64,000 nucleotides of DNA from Bugula neritina (GCA_964035545.1 OZ037767.1:631680-695679), one strand, 5' to 3'; shown: positions 1-15,000, numbered from the stretch's first letter. Notes: generated by a model from the sequence alone, not told the origin. Numbers and translations: made by a program.

Positions 1-54
1 AACCTCCAGTTAGTATTTCTGTCTGTTATATCGTAACACTCAATCAATTGTTAG

Positions 55-3000
55 GTCTACGATGATGATTGGCAAGTTGCTGGGAGAGAAATCTGACGCA
101 TTCACTGACCTGCAAGCACTTGTTAGACTAGTCTGTGAGAGCACTAGTGACAAGGGGAAAGTTGTCATACATGCCAAGGTGCTCTATCCATACTATGTTT
201 AAACCTTCTCATGTTAACAAGTTAAAAAAACTATTTTCTATTGCTTTATGATTATGCAATTTAATTTTCATTGCAAATTGAAAGTTGTCTGCTTTACTCT
301 TCTGTATGAGTTGAAGAGGTTCTTCTATCTGTAGCCATATAATTATTCTGTACAGGTTCAGGAGTTGTCCACTCTACTAGCTGACGGTAAGGCTCTAGTA
401 ACGAAAGTCAAGACAGAGCTAGTGGAAACACAGGGAGTGTTAAGTCAGCATTCCACTCTGGTGACTCATATCGCTGATCAGCAGAAACAGAGCTCTGCTC
501 GGCTTTCTCTCGTGAAGAGAACCAGTCTAGAGGTCAGGAGGAGTCGAAGAGATCATGATGACTTGGAGGTATGTGTTACTAGTAGTATATTATATTACTA
601 GTAGTATATTATATTACTAGTCCTATACTATATTACTAGTAGTATATTATATTACTAGTAGTATATTATATTACTAGTCCTATATTATATTACTAGTACT
701 ATATTATATTACTAGTCCTATATTATATTACTAGTCCTATACTATATTACTAGTAGTATATTATATTACTAGTAGTATATTATATTACTAGTACTATATC
801 ATATATCATATATAGTACTAGTATATCATATTACTCTAGTACTAATAGTATAGCATATTATGAATATATATAAATGCTAATACTGGAAATTCAATTGTCT
901 TGCAGCTGCTGATTGGTCAGCTGGAGGATGTAGAGTCAAGTAGCCTATCTGAGTTGAGAAGACTCAGTGATCAACTGTCTAGAAAACACAAGACCTACAG
1001 TGAGCAGCACTTGCCGGCCCTTGTCAGTCGCAATCAAGAGCTGCAGGCTGAATGTGACACTGCCGTGCAGGTGATTGGCAGGTTCTTGAGACTGCACAAG
1101 GCTATACTGACAGCTGTGGAGGAGACTGACAGGGTGACTCAGGAGCATGCTTCTTGGGTGTCCAGTCATCAGAGGTTCGGTCACCCAGCAAACATCTCTC
1201 ACACTATTGAGGAGATACAGGTTAGCCTCAGAGTATGAGAATTAGCCTCAGAGTAGAGTATTCTTAGGTGCAGCTCTCTACCAGCCCTCTAACTATGTTG
1301 TCATATTTACGTTGCTTATTTAAGCATAGAAGTTGTCTGCTCAATATTACAGCATAAGAGGTTAGTGTTGGCTGAGCTGAGTAGTCTATCAGAGGCTGAA
1401 GAGCTCACGGGGCAGATAACAGAAGACGCTTCACCTCAGCAGCTCAGAGCTTTAGAAGCTACAAAAGTGGCCTCCAGTGAAACCTACAACGAGTGAGTGA
1501 CCTTCACCTTGCTCTGTTTTACCTCAAGTAGTATAGTACAGTGACCTTCACTTTGCTCTGTTTTACTTCAAGTAGTGTAGTACAGTGACCTTCACCTTGC
1601 TCTGTTTTACTTCAAGTAGTGTAGTACAGTGACCTTCACCTTGCTCTTTGTTATCTGCTGCAGTGTTGTCGAAGGTCTAACCAGACTGCTGGCCAGAGCC
1701 CAGCAGATACAGACGTGCTACAAGAAGTACTGCATCTCCACTGACGTCCTCAACGCCACGTTCAGTCAAGTTGACTCGGCTTTAGCAGCTCTCGACACGA
1801 CAGGAAATGCTGATGACATCACGACTCACATCAACTCGCTGGCTGACTGTCAGGAGAATCTGAAGAGACGACACTCGTGTCTCAACACGATGCACGAGCA
1901 GGTCGCTGAGATCGAGGCTCTGACTCTCTGCATTGGAGAGTTTGATGTGGAGTCTGTGGACAGGAAGTAAGTCTTGGGAATAATGGAACCGCTGCTTTTT
2001 GTTCTTAGATATAGTCAATCAATTTGAATTCAGTTTCATTTTCATTACAAAAATCAATTTACTGTTTTTAGCTGCCTTTACATATTCTCTTACAGCTACT
2101 CAGTTTTTCTCATTTCTTTATCTATTCATGATCTCACAGATACAAGAAATACCAAGTAGACCTGCAGTCGGCTCTCAACAGTCTGCAGAGACTGCAGGCC
2201 CAGGTTGAAGAGTTCCTCTCTCTCAAGAGTCACTGTGACCAGTCTATACTGCAGCTCTCCACTGAAGTGATGCAGGCCAAAACTACGGCAGCAGATGGAG
2301 GAATGGAGTCTGTAGAGGCAGCAGTGGCTGAACTTGGTGAAGTGAAGGCAGCTGCTGAGCATCTGTACAACTCCATCATATCAATGGATACTCTGGTGAG
2401 TGGAGTACAACTCTATCATCTCTCTGGTGAGTAGAGTACAACTCTATCATCTCTCTGGTGAGTAGAGTACAACTCTATCATCTCTCTGGTGAGTAGAGTA
2501 CAACTCTATCATCTCTCTGGTGAGTAGAGTACAACTCTACCATCTCTCTGGTGAGTAGAGTATTTATGTATGTGTGTATTGCTAATTCAGGTTCAGGCTA
2601 TTGAAAGGGCTGGAGGTTCACCGCAGTTTTCAGATGACCTTGACATTGTGAAGGAAAGTCACGCCGACCTGCTGTCATCTGTTGGCAAATCTCAGAGCAA
2701 CCTGCACGAGTCCCTCGGCCAGTGGCGCAGCTATGAGATGTCTCTAAAGGAGGTGTGTCTTAGTTCCGAATAATCAGTTAGTTTACGGGTTGCGAGTACA
2801 GCTAGTTGTTGTTTACGAGCTGTCAAACTCGTGAATCACTTGAGTTATGAAACTGTTGAATTACTCAATTTTTTCTTTGTAAATCTTTTCTGAGTTGCGA
2901 GTTGTCCGAACCACGAGTTGTTCTGAGATATGCGAGTTGGTAATAGAGAGTAACATCGTGCTAACAGGTGGAGCAGCAGTTGAGTAGAGCTCCTTCCTCA

Positions 3001-6000
3001 AACTCGAGACCTCCAATCCACACTGTGAGCAGTGAAGATGCCAGCAGCAAGCTGGAGCAGCAGCGAGTTAAGCTGTCTGGACTTCGACAGCAGAAGAAAG
3101 CTCTATCTCTGACTCACCAGCAATGCTTGACTCGACATCGGAGTACACAGGTAGGTCTCAGCTTCTACAGGATATGCTTTCTAATGAACCTTACCTTACC
3201 TTACATTTTATGTTAATCAAAATTTTGTATTAATACCATTCTGGAGTTTATAAAACCTCACTTGTTTCCAAAGTAGTTTCCTCTCTAATGACTCGCATGA
3301 TTTCTGTCAATGTTGGTAAATTAACAGAGCCTCGAGTCCCCAAGGGTAACAGAAGAGTCGAGTCACGTAGAGTTACAGTCTATACAAGTGAACAGTCTGC
3401 TGGATAGAGCACAGGCTATCTGCGAGGAAGACGTACAGGCTCTAGACGCCATGGTAGATCAGTGGAACATGTTAGGTGAAGAGAAAAAGGGGTTTGAGGA
3501 GTGGATAAAGTAAGTAATGCATACGAGAAGATATAAGAACATTGATCATAGTTCTAAGTTAATTCAGGTTGCGTTGTTTCCAAATTTTAAAAACAGAAGG
3601 CAAATCAATATCATCCTGTGAGTAGTTTCTTATACTCCTTTCCAGAGTTGGTTGTTCAGCACTCGGTTTCCTGTTTATTTGTGTAGAAATGAAGCTGAAG
3701 AAGTGGAATCGCTAAAAGCTCACGCAATGCCGCTCAGTGCTGTTGATAAGAACCATCTAGAGCATCAAATACAGCTCACCAAACAGGATGTTGCCAATAA
3801 ACTGCAGCAGTTTGACTCGCACATTCACCGGCAGTCGCTATTGGCCGGACACACTGTTGCAGACGAACAGATTGAGACTATGAAACTGGAGCTGCACTCT
3901 ATGGCAGAGAATTGTGGGAAGTTGAGTGACAGACTTGAGGTACACGAGGAGTTGTGTGCTCAGGTTCAGTCTAAACAGGTGAGTTACTGAATAGATTAGC
4001 ATAATATATGAAACTCTGGGCCATTATTAGAGTTGAATTCAATTTTCACGGAGTGTTTTACTATGCTATGTACAGAAATACTGGCTTGGTAGTTGTTTGA
4101 ATAAAATACAGCTGTGTGCAGACTTGGTAATTTCAGAAGTTGAAATGTTTCACACCTATTTTTTGATTTTGATATTCACACTTCAAATCAAGAGCCATCA
4201 ATATAATATTGGATATGAGGTTACGTAGTAATTAATAAGCCACGCACTAGGACTTGATTAAATAACTGTTTGAATTTGTAGCAATCACTACGTAGCACCT
4301 GTGATAACCTGACAAAGGAACAACAACTGCTTCAAGACTCAGATGACAGTCTGCAGATGCAGATTGACACCTGCAAGCACTTGCTAGCTGCAGCTGTCGA
4401 GTGTCAGACTAATATATCAGAACATGAGGCTAACGGACTGGCTAGACTGTGTTCCGCTCTTTCTGGTAGCGACTCAGATATGCTCAAAGGTAGAAACAGG
4501 TAGGCTTTTCATAGAACCTAAAGTTACAGTTCATCTGTTTACAGCGAGTTAGAGTTGATTGTATTACAGCGAGTTAGAGTTGATTGTATTACAGCGAGTT
4601 AGAGTTGATTGTATTACAGCGAGTTCATTGTGTTACAGCGAGTTAGAGTCGGATATCACTAAACTCCAGAAGAAGCTGGTGGATCAAACTAACTCGCTGG
4701 AAAAGGCTGTGTCTGACTTGGAGCAGCTTAGCGTTGACTTGGATGGAGTGACTGAATCTACAGATAGGCTGGGGGCACAGGCTAAAGATCTGGCAACGTT
4801 TACCAAGCCAGTTACATATGATAGCCTGTGTACCATGATAGCCAAGTGTCAAGTACGAACCTCTGCTTTATTCTCCAAACAACTACCGTATTGATTGTGG
4901 CTAAGTTGCAAATGGATTGAGAATTGCTGTCAATTGTTCTTAAATATCTGTTTCTCTCTTAGTGATTCACTTTCAACACTAGCTACTCTTTCATAGTGAT
5001 ACTCTTACTATCAGTTACTCTTCTTTCCATGCTATATACTATCAGTTACTATACTATACTATCAGTTACTATACTCTACTATCAGTTACTATACTCCACT
5101 AGGAGAGTCTGACTGCAACTGTCTCTCACGAGGAGACTGTGAGTGGAATGCTGACTGACAAGGCTGTGCTACTCATGAATCTTCCGGAAGCAGACAGCAG
5201 AATGATTAAAGATCAGACCAACAATGCTAAGAATAAAGCTGAGTCAGCAAAGATGCAACTCACAGAGGCTCAAAGGTAGCTCAATCATATGACTCATTTG
5301 TACTCAGTTACGCTCTGTTTCTCACTCTTGACTTCTCACTGAATATTGACTCCTCAAAGTGGCACATCATTGTGTTATTCTGTTGAACTTTCTAAGAAGC
5401 CCATTCCTTCTGCTTGTTTCAAAATTTGCCTGCTAATTGACCTAAGTGACTCAATAGAATGTTGAGTGTCTACACGTACTCAATCACTACACGTACTCAA
5501 TCACTACACGTACTCAATCGCTGCACGTACTCAATCACTACACGTACTCAATCACTACACGTACTCAAGTGTACATGTAACTCATGTTGCAGAACTCTTA
5601 ATGACGCCCTCTCCGCAGTAGAAGCTCACACTATAGCCTGTGATTCTATATCAGATGTTACGGTGCGCATGTCTGACCATATCAGTAAGCTGCAGTGTCT
5701 CCCCCTCGGCCACCAGGCTATGGAATCTTTAGCCAATGACGTGAGGAGTCTGAAAGCAGACCACACCAAGCTGGCAGGGTTATTGCGTAACGCTGACGAC
5801 AGTGTAGCCATGTTGGAGTCCGTCTGTGGATCGAAGGCAATTCTGAGACAGAAGAATAAATGTGACGGTTAGTCTAGTAGTCTAGTAGCAGATGAGTAAG
5901 TGTGACGGTTAGTCTACTAGTCTAGTAGCAGATGAGTAAGTGTGACGGTTAGTCTAGTAGTCTAGTAGCAGATGAGTAAGTGTGACGGTTAGTCTAGTAG

Positions 6001-9000
6001 TCTAGTAGCAGATGAGTAAGTGTGACGGTTAGTCTAATAGTCTAGTAGCAGATGAGTGTCGGCTGAAGTATCTGTTAGTTGTGTTTCATGTTGAATTCAC
6101 TTCAGCAGTTAGTTGAGACAGAGCTCAGCACTCTTGGTGAGTCATAATCCAAGATTTCCCATTTCAGATCTCAAGTCAGAAGTGGATTCATTAGGAAGTA
6201 GAGTGCAGGAGATAGAGTCTGCCTACAATACAGCTAATACTACCCAACAGCAGTACGAGTTTACCTGCGCCAAGTTTGACCAAAAGCTAAAGTCTGCAGA
6301 GACTGTGACAGAAGAGGTCATAGTTCCAGAGCAAGGTCTTCAGGCTATGCAGGAGCACATGACTACACTCAAGGTGCTCGTCGTTCACTCTGTTATGGCT
6401 GTTGAGATTTTGTCTTGTAGTAGTAGTTGTGGGATATCTTAACACTATTATCAACTCTTCTCCACACTTTCAAGTGTGAATCATCTCTCTTACAGGATTT
6501 GCAATTGTCTGAGCCCCAGTTTTCTGAGCAGATAGATAAGATGGAGAGTCTGTCAACCTCCTTCTCACCTTATCTATCAGAAGCTGATAAGATCTTACTC
6601 CAGGATCAAATTGAGACTCGAGTTGTCAGTCACAAGCAGCACAAGGCAGCTTTGGATCGCCAAGTTGATGCTCTGCAAGCGGACATTGATGAGGTATGCT
6701 GACTCTACTAGTGACATCTGGTGGTGTGTACTAGTGACATCTGGTGGTGTATACTAGCGACATCTGGTGGTGTGTACTAGTGACATCTGGTGGTGTGTAC
6801 TAGTGACATCTGGTGGTGTGTACTAGTGACATCTGGTGGTGTATACTAGTGACATCTGGTGGTGTGTACTAGTGACATCTGGTGGTGTATACTAGCGACA
6901 TCTGGTGGTGTATATTAGTGACATCTGGTGGTGTGTTTAGGTGATTCAATGGATAGATGGATCTGCAGACCTCATTGAACAAATTGGTCAAACTAAAGCG
7001 AGAATCCACCATCTCATGACAGAAGAAACCACTGAGCAGAATCTCTCTCAGCAGGAGAAAGAGTTGGAGGTTTGACTGCCATAAATAGTTTGCATTCTTT
7101 TACATCTGTTTTCTTTAATTATATTCTCTTCTCGTCTGTTTTTCTGTAGACTACTTACAGCTAAACACGTTCAGTATCACTAGCACTCTGTACCTGATGT
7201 TCCCTCCAGTGTGTTGTGAACTCTTGTAGGAGCTAAATGCTGCTCTCTCACAGCTGCACGACAGCTGCCAGGAAATGATGTCAGATGTGCCGACAGCAAC
7301 GCCTGCCGAGAGAACTGATGAACTAAAGAGCGCACAGGTTTTACACTCACAAACTTTATATTACAGTGTCATTTTAGTTCATAATGATGGTTGAGAACAG
7401 AATATGGAGCCTTGTGTTCAGTTAAAGCTCAACTTCAAGAATCGCTATATAAGTACATTTTGAAGTGAAAGTAAATGTTTTGTTGTGTAGAGTTCTCTGA
7501 GTCACAGCTCAGCGGAACTGAAGGTCAAGCAGCAGTCATGTGTGGAAGTTGCGGAGAACTGGGCAGAGTTCCAGGAGTCAGTGGCTGAGTGTCAGCAGCA
7601 CCTGAGTACCTGCAGACGTCTCCTGGATGAAGTGGACAGTGTCGGTGTTCCTCTGGAGACGAGGTGTCAGAGGTGTCAGGTGAGTGAGCAAAGTGTCAGG
7701 TGAGTGAGCAAGGTGTCGGAGGTGTCAGGTGAGTGAGCAAGGTGTCGGAGGTGTCAGGTGAGTGAGCAAGGTGTCGGAGGTGTCAGGTGAGTGAGCAAGG
7801 TGTCAGGTGAGTGAGCAAAGTGTCAGAGGTGTCAGGTGAGTGCGCAAGGTGTCGGAGGTATCAGGTGAGTGAGCAAGGTGTCAGAGGTGTCAGGTGAGTG
7901 AGCAAGGTGTCGGAGGTGTCAGGTGAGTGAACAAGGTGTCGGAGGTATCAGGTGAGTGAGCAAGGTGTCAGAGGTATCAGGTGAGTGAGCAAGGTGTCAG
8001 GTGAGTGAGCAAGGTGTCAGAGGTGTCAGGTGAGTGCGCAAGGTGTCAGGTGAGTGAGCAAGGTGTCAGAGGTGTCAGGTGAGTGCGCAAGGTGTCGGAG
8101 GTGTCAGGTGAGTGAGCAAGGTGTCAGGTTAGTGAGCAAGGTATCAGAGGTGTCAGGTTGGTAGACATATATTTGTGTTGTAGGAGGTGCAGGCCGGACT
8201 GGAGAGTTATCCTTCAGATCACTCGCCCAACTACCTACAGCAGAGACTGGAGCAGATCTCTGACCCGGGAGGTATGAAAGACATGGTTGCTACGGTAACC
8301 ACTGAGCACGGTAGTCTGGAGGATCGTCTGCTGCAAGGTAAGCAGAGGTACGACTCGCTACTGGCAGACAGGAAGGAGTTTGATAAGGATCTCAACACTC
8401 TGAACAGCAGCCTTAGAGATCAGGTGGATAGTCTGGGAGAGAACTGTCTTACAGAAGACTGGAGAGTTGAATCTGCAGATGCTGTACTCCATGCTCTGCA
8501 GGTGGGCTGTTTATACTGTAGATGACACCTTTTAGTTGAACTGCTGATAGTAAGGCTAGCTGGAGTAGCCAGGTAGATGACTGGTCTTGGAGTGACAGCA
8601 TATTTTAGGTTATTATGTAGCACTAAGTATGATATATAAGTATTAATACTGAGGAAAGTGTCTGTCACTAAACCTAATGTACCACAGTAACTGCCGTTTA
8701 TTGTAATAGTGTCACTGTAGGTTATCCTTCGGCACTCCAATGTTCTCTTATATTTCTGTAGAGTATTGAGCTTCGGCAAAGTGAAACAGAGGCTGACATG
8801 AATGAGCAGATAACTTCACAAAAGCATGTGTACAATGAGCTAAAGGAGCCAATTTCAACAGATGTTACTGAGGCTATTGAACAATATCAAACACTCATAG
8901 GTTTGTTACTGCTTGTCTACACTAGGCTACACTCATTTTATTCCCAAGTTTATTCCGTGAATCACTTCATCAAGGTAGTGATGACGTCATCACAGTAGTG

Positions 9001-12000
9001 GTGATGTCATCACAGTAGTGATGACATCGTCATCGCCGTATTTGTGACTTGATTTCAGATGAACTCATGAGTTGTATAAAAGAGGAGAGACACAAAGCTA
9101 ACCAAGCTTTAAGCACACGTACAGAGTTCCACGACACACTCGGTGAAATTGAGGAGTGGTTGAGACGGGCTGGTGAGGCCATGTCCCACAATAAGGATGA
9201 TACATCCGATGAAGTTACACAGGCTATTAAGGTATTACTATAATAGTATTATATAGTAATATAGTTATATTATATAATAGTATATTTATATTATATAATA
9301 GTATAGTTATATTATATATAATAGTTTGGTTTTCTTTTTCTTTATTGTCATATTAAGCTACTCTGTTGAGTTAATGCAATTTAGCTATTTTGATCAAGTT
9401 TTGAGGAAATGCTGACCAAAATAGTTCTTAAAAGAACAATAGTATTGTTATAAATTTTGTAACCAGTTTTCTTACTGTATGACGTTGTCTAAAACAGTTG
9501 TTTATTGGCTGTCTGCTGCAGGACTGTCAGACGTCTGAGCCCGGTGTCGAGCAGCTCGTGCAGACATTGTACAATCTGGGTGGCAAGGTAATGCCGACTC
9601 TTACAGATTCAGCCAATCAGAGACTGGAACAGACACTCACTGAGTTACAAGACACTTTCATTGAAACGTGAGTAGACTGAGTTCTATGCGTGTCTGTAAT
9701 GTGGCTGGGAGTAATGCACACCCATATGTTTTAGCGCTACAACAATTATCAATTTACCATTCTTACTAGCAGGTAGTTATTAGCTGAACTGTAGCAGTTA
9801 CTAGAGAGAAAAGTCATTCAGGAAATGCATAGGTTATTCCATGGAATATTATTTATTTACGAAGTTTTACATTAAGTGATTGTAATAGGCAGCAATGTTG
9901 CTTCTACTAAATTTACCAACTGATTTGTCACATTCGTAGTATTGAAAAACTCATAAGAAATAACTTGATGTGTCAGCATAGACAGACACATGTGTCAGCA
10001 TAGGCAGACAGATGTGTCAGCATAGGCAGACAGATGTGTCAGCATAGGCAGACAGATGTGTCAGCATAGGCAGACAGATGTGTCAGCATAGGCAAACAGA
10101 TGTATCAGCATAGGCAGACAGATGTGTCAGCATAGGCAAACAGATGTGTCAGCATAGGTAGACAGATATATCAGCATACTCTCAATTCACATGCACACGT
10201 TTCACATTCATCCAAATTATTAACGCCCCTTTGTTAAGTCATCTAACTCTCTCTTGTCTTCAACGTTCTCTGCTTTCTTTTCTTCAATTTTCTGTTGATA
10301 TTTCTCAATTTCCCGTTGATACTCGTTGATGTCGTTATCTCTTCGGCTGATGTTCAGCTTAAGATAAGCCTTCAGTCGCTCAACAACCATGTCCTCGTCT
10401 TTCTCATCATTTCTCGGCTCCTCCTCATTAGAACGCCTCTTCCTGCGCAGATACTACAAACAATTGAAGATGTGCGATACTTACACCACAATACAGACTT
10501 GGCCATTATTCTAAATTTATTTGATTCTAGTTCTTTCACTGCGTATCAGGCTTCACATACACTGCAAATAGCATATCAGTTGCTAGAGTGTATTATGTTT
10601 TAACAAATATCATCTTCCCAATGAACTAATGAAAACTATTGTAATTTTCTTACCATCGGCATTCTAAAATTCGATACCTTGGAAGCTGCATCACCTTGGC
10701 CCGCAGAAGTACTGGCTTCAACCCTTCTAGAACTTTCTCCTTCCACATCTACAAGACAAGAGTGGTCAGTCTCTGGTTTTAAATTGTTGCCAAGTCTATT
10801 CGAGTAAATTTTCTTTTTGAATTTATGTTCATGCTAAACATTCAATTAAACACTCATCACAGTGTATTTCTATTTTCATTTATGATTAGTTGGTAAATTA
10901 GGCACTTGCTATTCTCCAAAGAATCTTATTAATTGTGATTTCTTGGCTTAACTAAGCTTAAAAACTCATTCTAACCTAAGACTTTTCTATTAAGTGTGCT
11001 CCTTCGCCAATACTGCTAATATCATATGCGCTATAAGGTAGTTTTACCAAGCTTGACAGTTAACTACACAGTCAAATTAGATATTCACACAAATATGTCA
11101 CAGACAACCACACCTGCTTGATTTTATGTCAACTAACTGTAGTGTTGTGTTTACCCAGTAGCCTCCGTGGTGTAATGGTAGCACACTTGCTTGCAAGCCG
11201 GAGGACTCGGGTTCGATTTCCAGTGGTGGCAATTATTTTACACTAACCTTCTCCACTTCCCTGTCTGTCGTCTTCATTGGTTCTACGAATGTCTCCTGGT
11301 TTGTCTGTTGGTCTATAAGTGATTGTAGTGCTGTCACTCTCCGTTGAACTCTCACCTCTAGTTGCTTCACCGCTGTCTGTAGAACTGCTATTTGGATAAA
11401 CAGTTGGGCTGCTGTCATGGTCAGGGGAGGTGTTTACGTCAGGGGAACTGCCACTATTCACGGTGTTGTCTGGGCTGGCTAGGAGGGTTCTATCAGTTTC
11501 AGGGCTACTCCACTCTCTCAGGCAAGGGGCAGGCTGATCATCTGTTGTCACCTCGTAGTTCAAAGAGGAGGGACTGCTGTGGGTAGCTTCAGCTGGGATA
11601 GTTTGAGGTGGAGAGGGGGAGGATACAGAAGACTGGGAGGACATGTCCTGGGGGTGTTGAACTGATGTATAGCTGCTCTGTGAGTCCTCACTCTGCCCTC
11701 TCATCTCTGTTGGCATTCTTACCCTTCAACAACTACACAAACCTTGTTTACTTTCTCACAGAAGACTATTTATTCCTTAAATTAGCATTTCCTAAGACTG
11801 TGAGCGTGAATACTGTACAGGACTAGACGAAGCTCCATGCCCCAGTTTCATCAGAGAAAACTGACCACCTGAGCTAACATGGCTAATTGTTTAAAGTGTG
11901 ATATACATTGCTACAGTCACTAGTTATTACCTTACTTTACTAAAAATGTATAATCAAGTCAAGTGCATAAATAATATTCGCTATACTAAACTCTACTTTT

Positions 12001-15000
12001 CATGGGTTTAATGCTAATTAAATGACATCTGATATGTATGGTAGAGTCCATAGTCACCTGCAGTGAGGTTACGCACTGAGACAGAGTGAATATACCCCTA
12101 TTTTTAGCTCACTCATTAGCCATTAGCACCTGCTAGTAATATTACTACTAACTACAACACTCAATTAGCGGGAAATTTTCAAAAGTACATTTAGCGAGTA
12201 CATTTAAATAACTTCCTGTTATCTCTGTGGTCTGTTTTTTATTCATCGCCGTGGTGACAAGTCGTAGTAGGCATTTCCATGCATAGTTGGTTACTACTAA
12301 AGGAGGCCTTATTTTGCTATATTTGTATAGATTCCTCATTTAAATTCGAAACTAAATTACTTGAAGGTCATTTTGAGGTTACATATAGTAATTCAACTCT
12401 TGGAAATAGTGAGGAGTTGCTTGTATAAGTTATATCATAAGTTGACTTCAAACTTTGTAATCTGCTACCAAAACACACAGGGGTCCTTTATCTTTGTATT
12501 ATGTTATTAATTTATTATAGTTTCTATGTTTACACATTGATGACGAATAACAGCTATAGTTAGTGAATTATACTCTCTAATTCTAGCCCTAGCACCACTA
12601 GTCCAGAAACTTTCCACAATAAACCACCTTTTGGATATGTGATATTCCCTCCACCCCTTTCTCTTCCCACTCTTTCCACCACTCTCTCCCTCCACCCCTC
12701 CCTCTACACTCTCTCCCCACTCTCTATCCACCACTTCTCTGTCATTAGTCCGACTGACAGGACCAAGATAAACTCGATATTATCAAAATAACATATTACT
12801 AGAATATGAGGGGAGGGTAGTATAGCCCCCTTCCCCATACCACAGCCACATGCCAACTCCCAAGTATTATATACGCATGTCTTCATGTTGATAAATCTGC
12901 ATTCAACTTCTTATTATAAACAAGAAGTTATTAATAAACTATATAGACATACACAACCACAATGAATAGCTATAATAGCTACATTTCATAACAATATCAA
13001 ACTGGGTGTACGTCATCAGTGTAGGTCAATTCATCTGCAGAGCGAAAACTGTTTCTACAGGACAGTTCTGAAGTAATTCATTAAATACAACCACCACCGT
13101 CACTTCTCACTATTATACTTTTAGTTTAACATTTTCTCTCTCATTTCTCATTTCCATATCTGGTTGGTGTTTTTCTGTTTTATTAATTCTATTCATGATG
13201 TCAGACTCTAGTTTTACCACTTTGCCATAGTTTTGGTCAGCACTCTGTGTCATATCTGACTGTCGTTTCCTGCGGAGATACTACAAACCACACAATATAT
13301 GTGGAGATACTACAAACCACACAATATATGTGGAGATACTACAAACCACACAATATATGCGGAGATACTACAAACCACACAATATATGCGGAGGTACTAC
13401 AAACCACACAATATATGCGGAGATACTACAAACCACACAATATATGCGGAGGTACTACAAACCACACAATATATGTGGAGATACTACAAACCACACAATA
13501 TATGTGGAGATACTACAAACCACACAATATATGTGGAGATACTACAAACCACACAATATATGTGGAGATACTACAAACCACACAATATATGTGGAGGTAC
13601 TACAAACCACACAATATATGTGGAGGTACTACAAACCACACAATATAATTATGTTGAGTTGAAAATATTTGCACAGAGATGAAAATTTCTCACTAGTTTT
13701 GTCAATAAGCACTTCAACATCTGAATGGAATTGAAATATCACATTCACCACCACACATGTGACATGAATACTACAAGAGCTGATTGGTCTGTTACCATGG
13801 GTGTATTTGGGCTCTCTTTCAGAGCTACTTGTCCAGATACTGGCTCCTTATTTGTTCCAGAACATTCCTGGGGGTTGCGTGATACTTCCACATCTACCAA
13901 CAAGATCAATGTTTTCATAGTACTAAACAGGCTAATTATATCTATTTACTCAGACTTGCAGTCATTAAGCACCTTTAAAGTGGTAGATATTAATTCGACC
14001 AACAAAGATTGATGTAGAGTGTAGACTGTCTACCACATTACCATTTCTATTCTCTTCATTTCTCAAACACTTTGCCCATTTAGCTGTACTCACTTCACAG
14101 TAAAAACCTCATCAGCCCAAAAACAAGTTTTTTGTTGGGTTAAAATAGTAACTTAAATTTGATTGGCTTTTCGCATGTTACTTATAATTTGACTGGATAT
14201 TCACACATTCCATGCTATAACTATATACTACTTATCATCAGCTCTAAAGTTTCAACTTGTGCGAAGTGTTTGCTTAACTTAGGTATGTAATTCTGTCTAC
14301 TAGCTCCCAGACCTTCTGTAAATCCCTCTCTGTGTTGGTCCTTGAGTGTGCTGTTGTGAGATTCCCTTTCTCTAGTCTTCTCCTGGGTGTACACGGAGTT
14401 GTCAGCCCTGTCATCAGTAGAACTACCGTGTGGGCGGGTAACAGAGCTGCTGTGTCTCTGTGAGGAGAGGGAGAGAGGCAGCTGTCCATCAGTAATGACC
14501 TCATAGTTCTGAGACGGAGAGGTGCTGCCGACGGCATCAACTGGTAAAGAGGGCTGAGAACTGAGTGAGAGGGCGCTAGACTGAGAGAATATGTCCTGAG
14601 GCTGCTGAGCTGATGCGTATGTGCTCAGTGAGTCATCGGCAGCCTGTCTAAACTCCCTCCACACTGCTGACATGTTCACCTTCAACATATCAGCAATGTG
14701 TAAAATTGTTGTTTTTGTTGATGCAGTGTCCTACCAGTTGACTCACCACAGAGCAATGCATGCTGGTCTATCAGTTCTCTAGCCTGTGGTCTATCAGTTC
14801 TATAGACTATGGTCTATCAGTTCTATAGACTATGTTCTATCACTTCTATAGATTATGTTCTATCAGTTCTATAGACTATGTTCTACCAGTTCTGTAAACT
14901 ATTTTCTATTACTTTATATTCCTATGAGTATGGAGCAGGGGTGGGCAACTGGGGATCCGAGGGTGACCTTGGCCCTTTGCCCAATTTTAGTAGCTCTTTT

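Noticed and set aside
2785-2940. (G/A)CGAGTT-rich segment resembling a MITE remnant
   Set aside because: No terminal inverted repeats or TSD found.
11161-11231. Functional tRNA-Ala(TGC) or tRNA-Cys(GCA)
   Set aside because: Anticodon arm cannot form a 5-bp stem with a 7-nt loop, and the T stem is mismatched.
13247-13682. Three overlapping repetitive ORFs (YYKPHNICGDTT...)
   Set aside because: Artefact of a stop-free 29-bp minisatellite open in all three frames.
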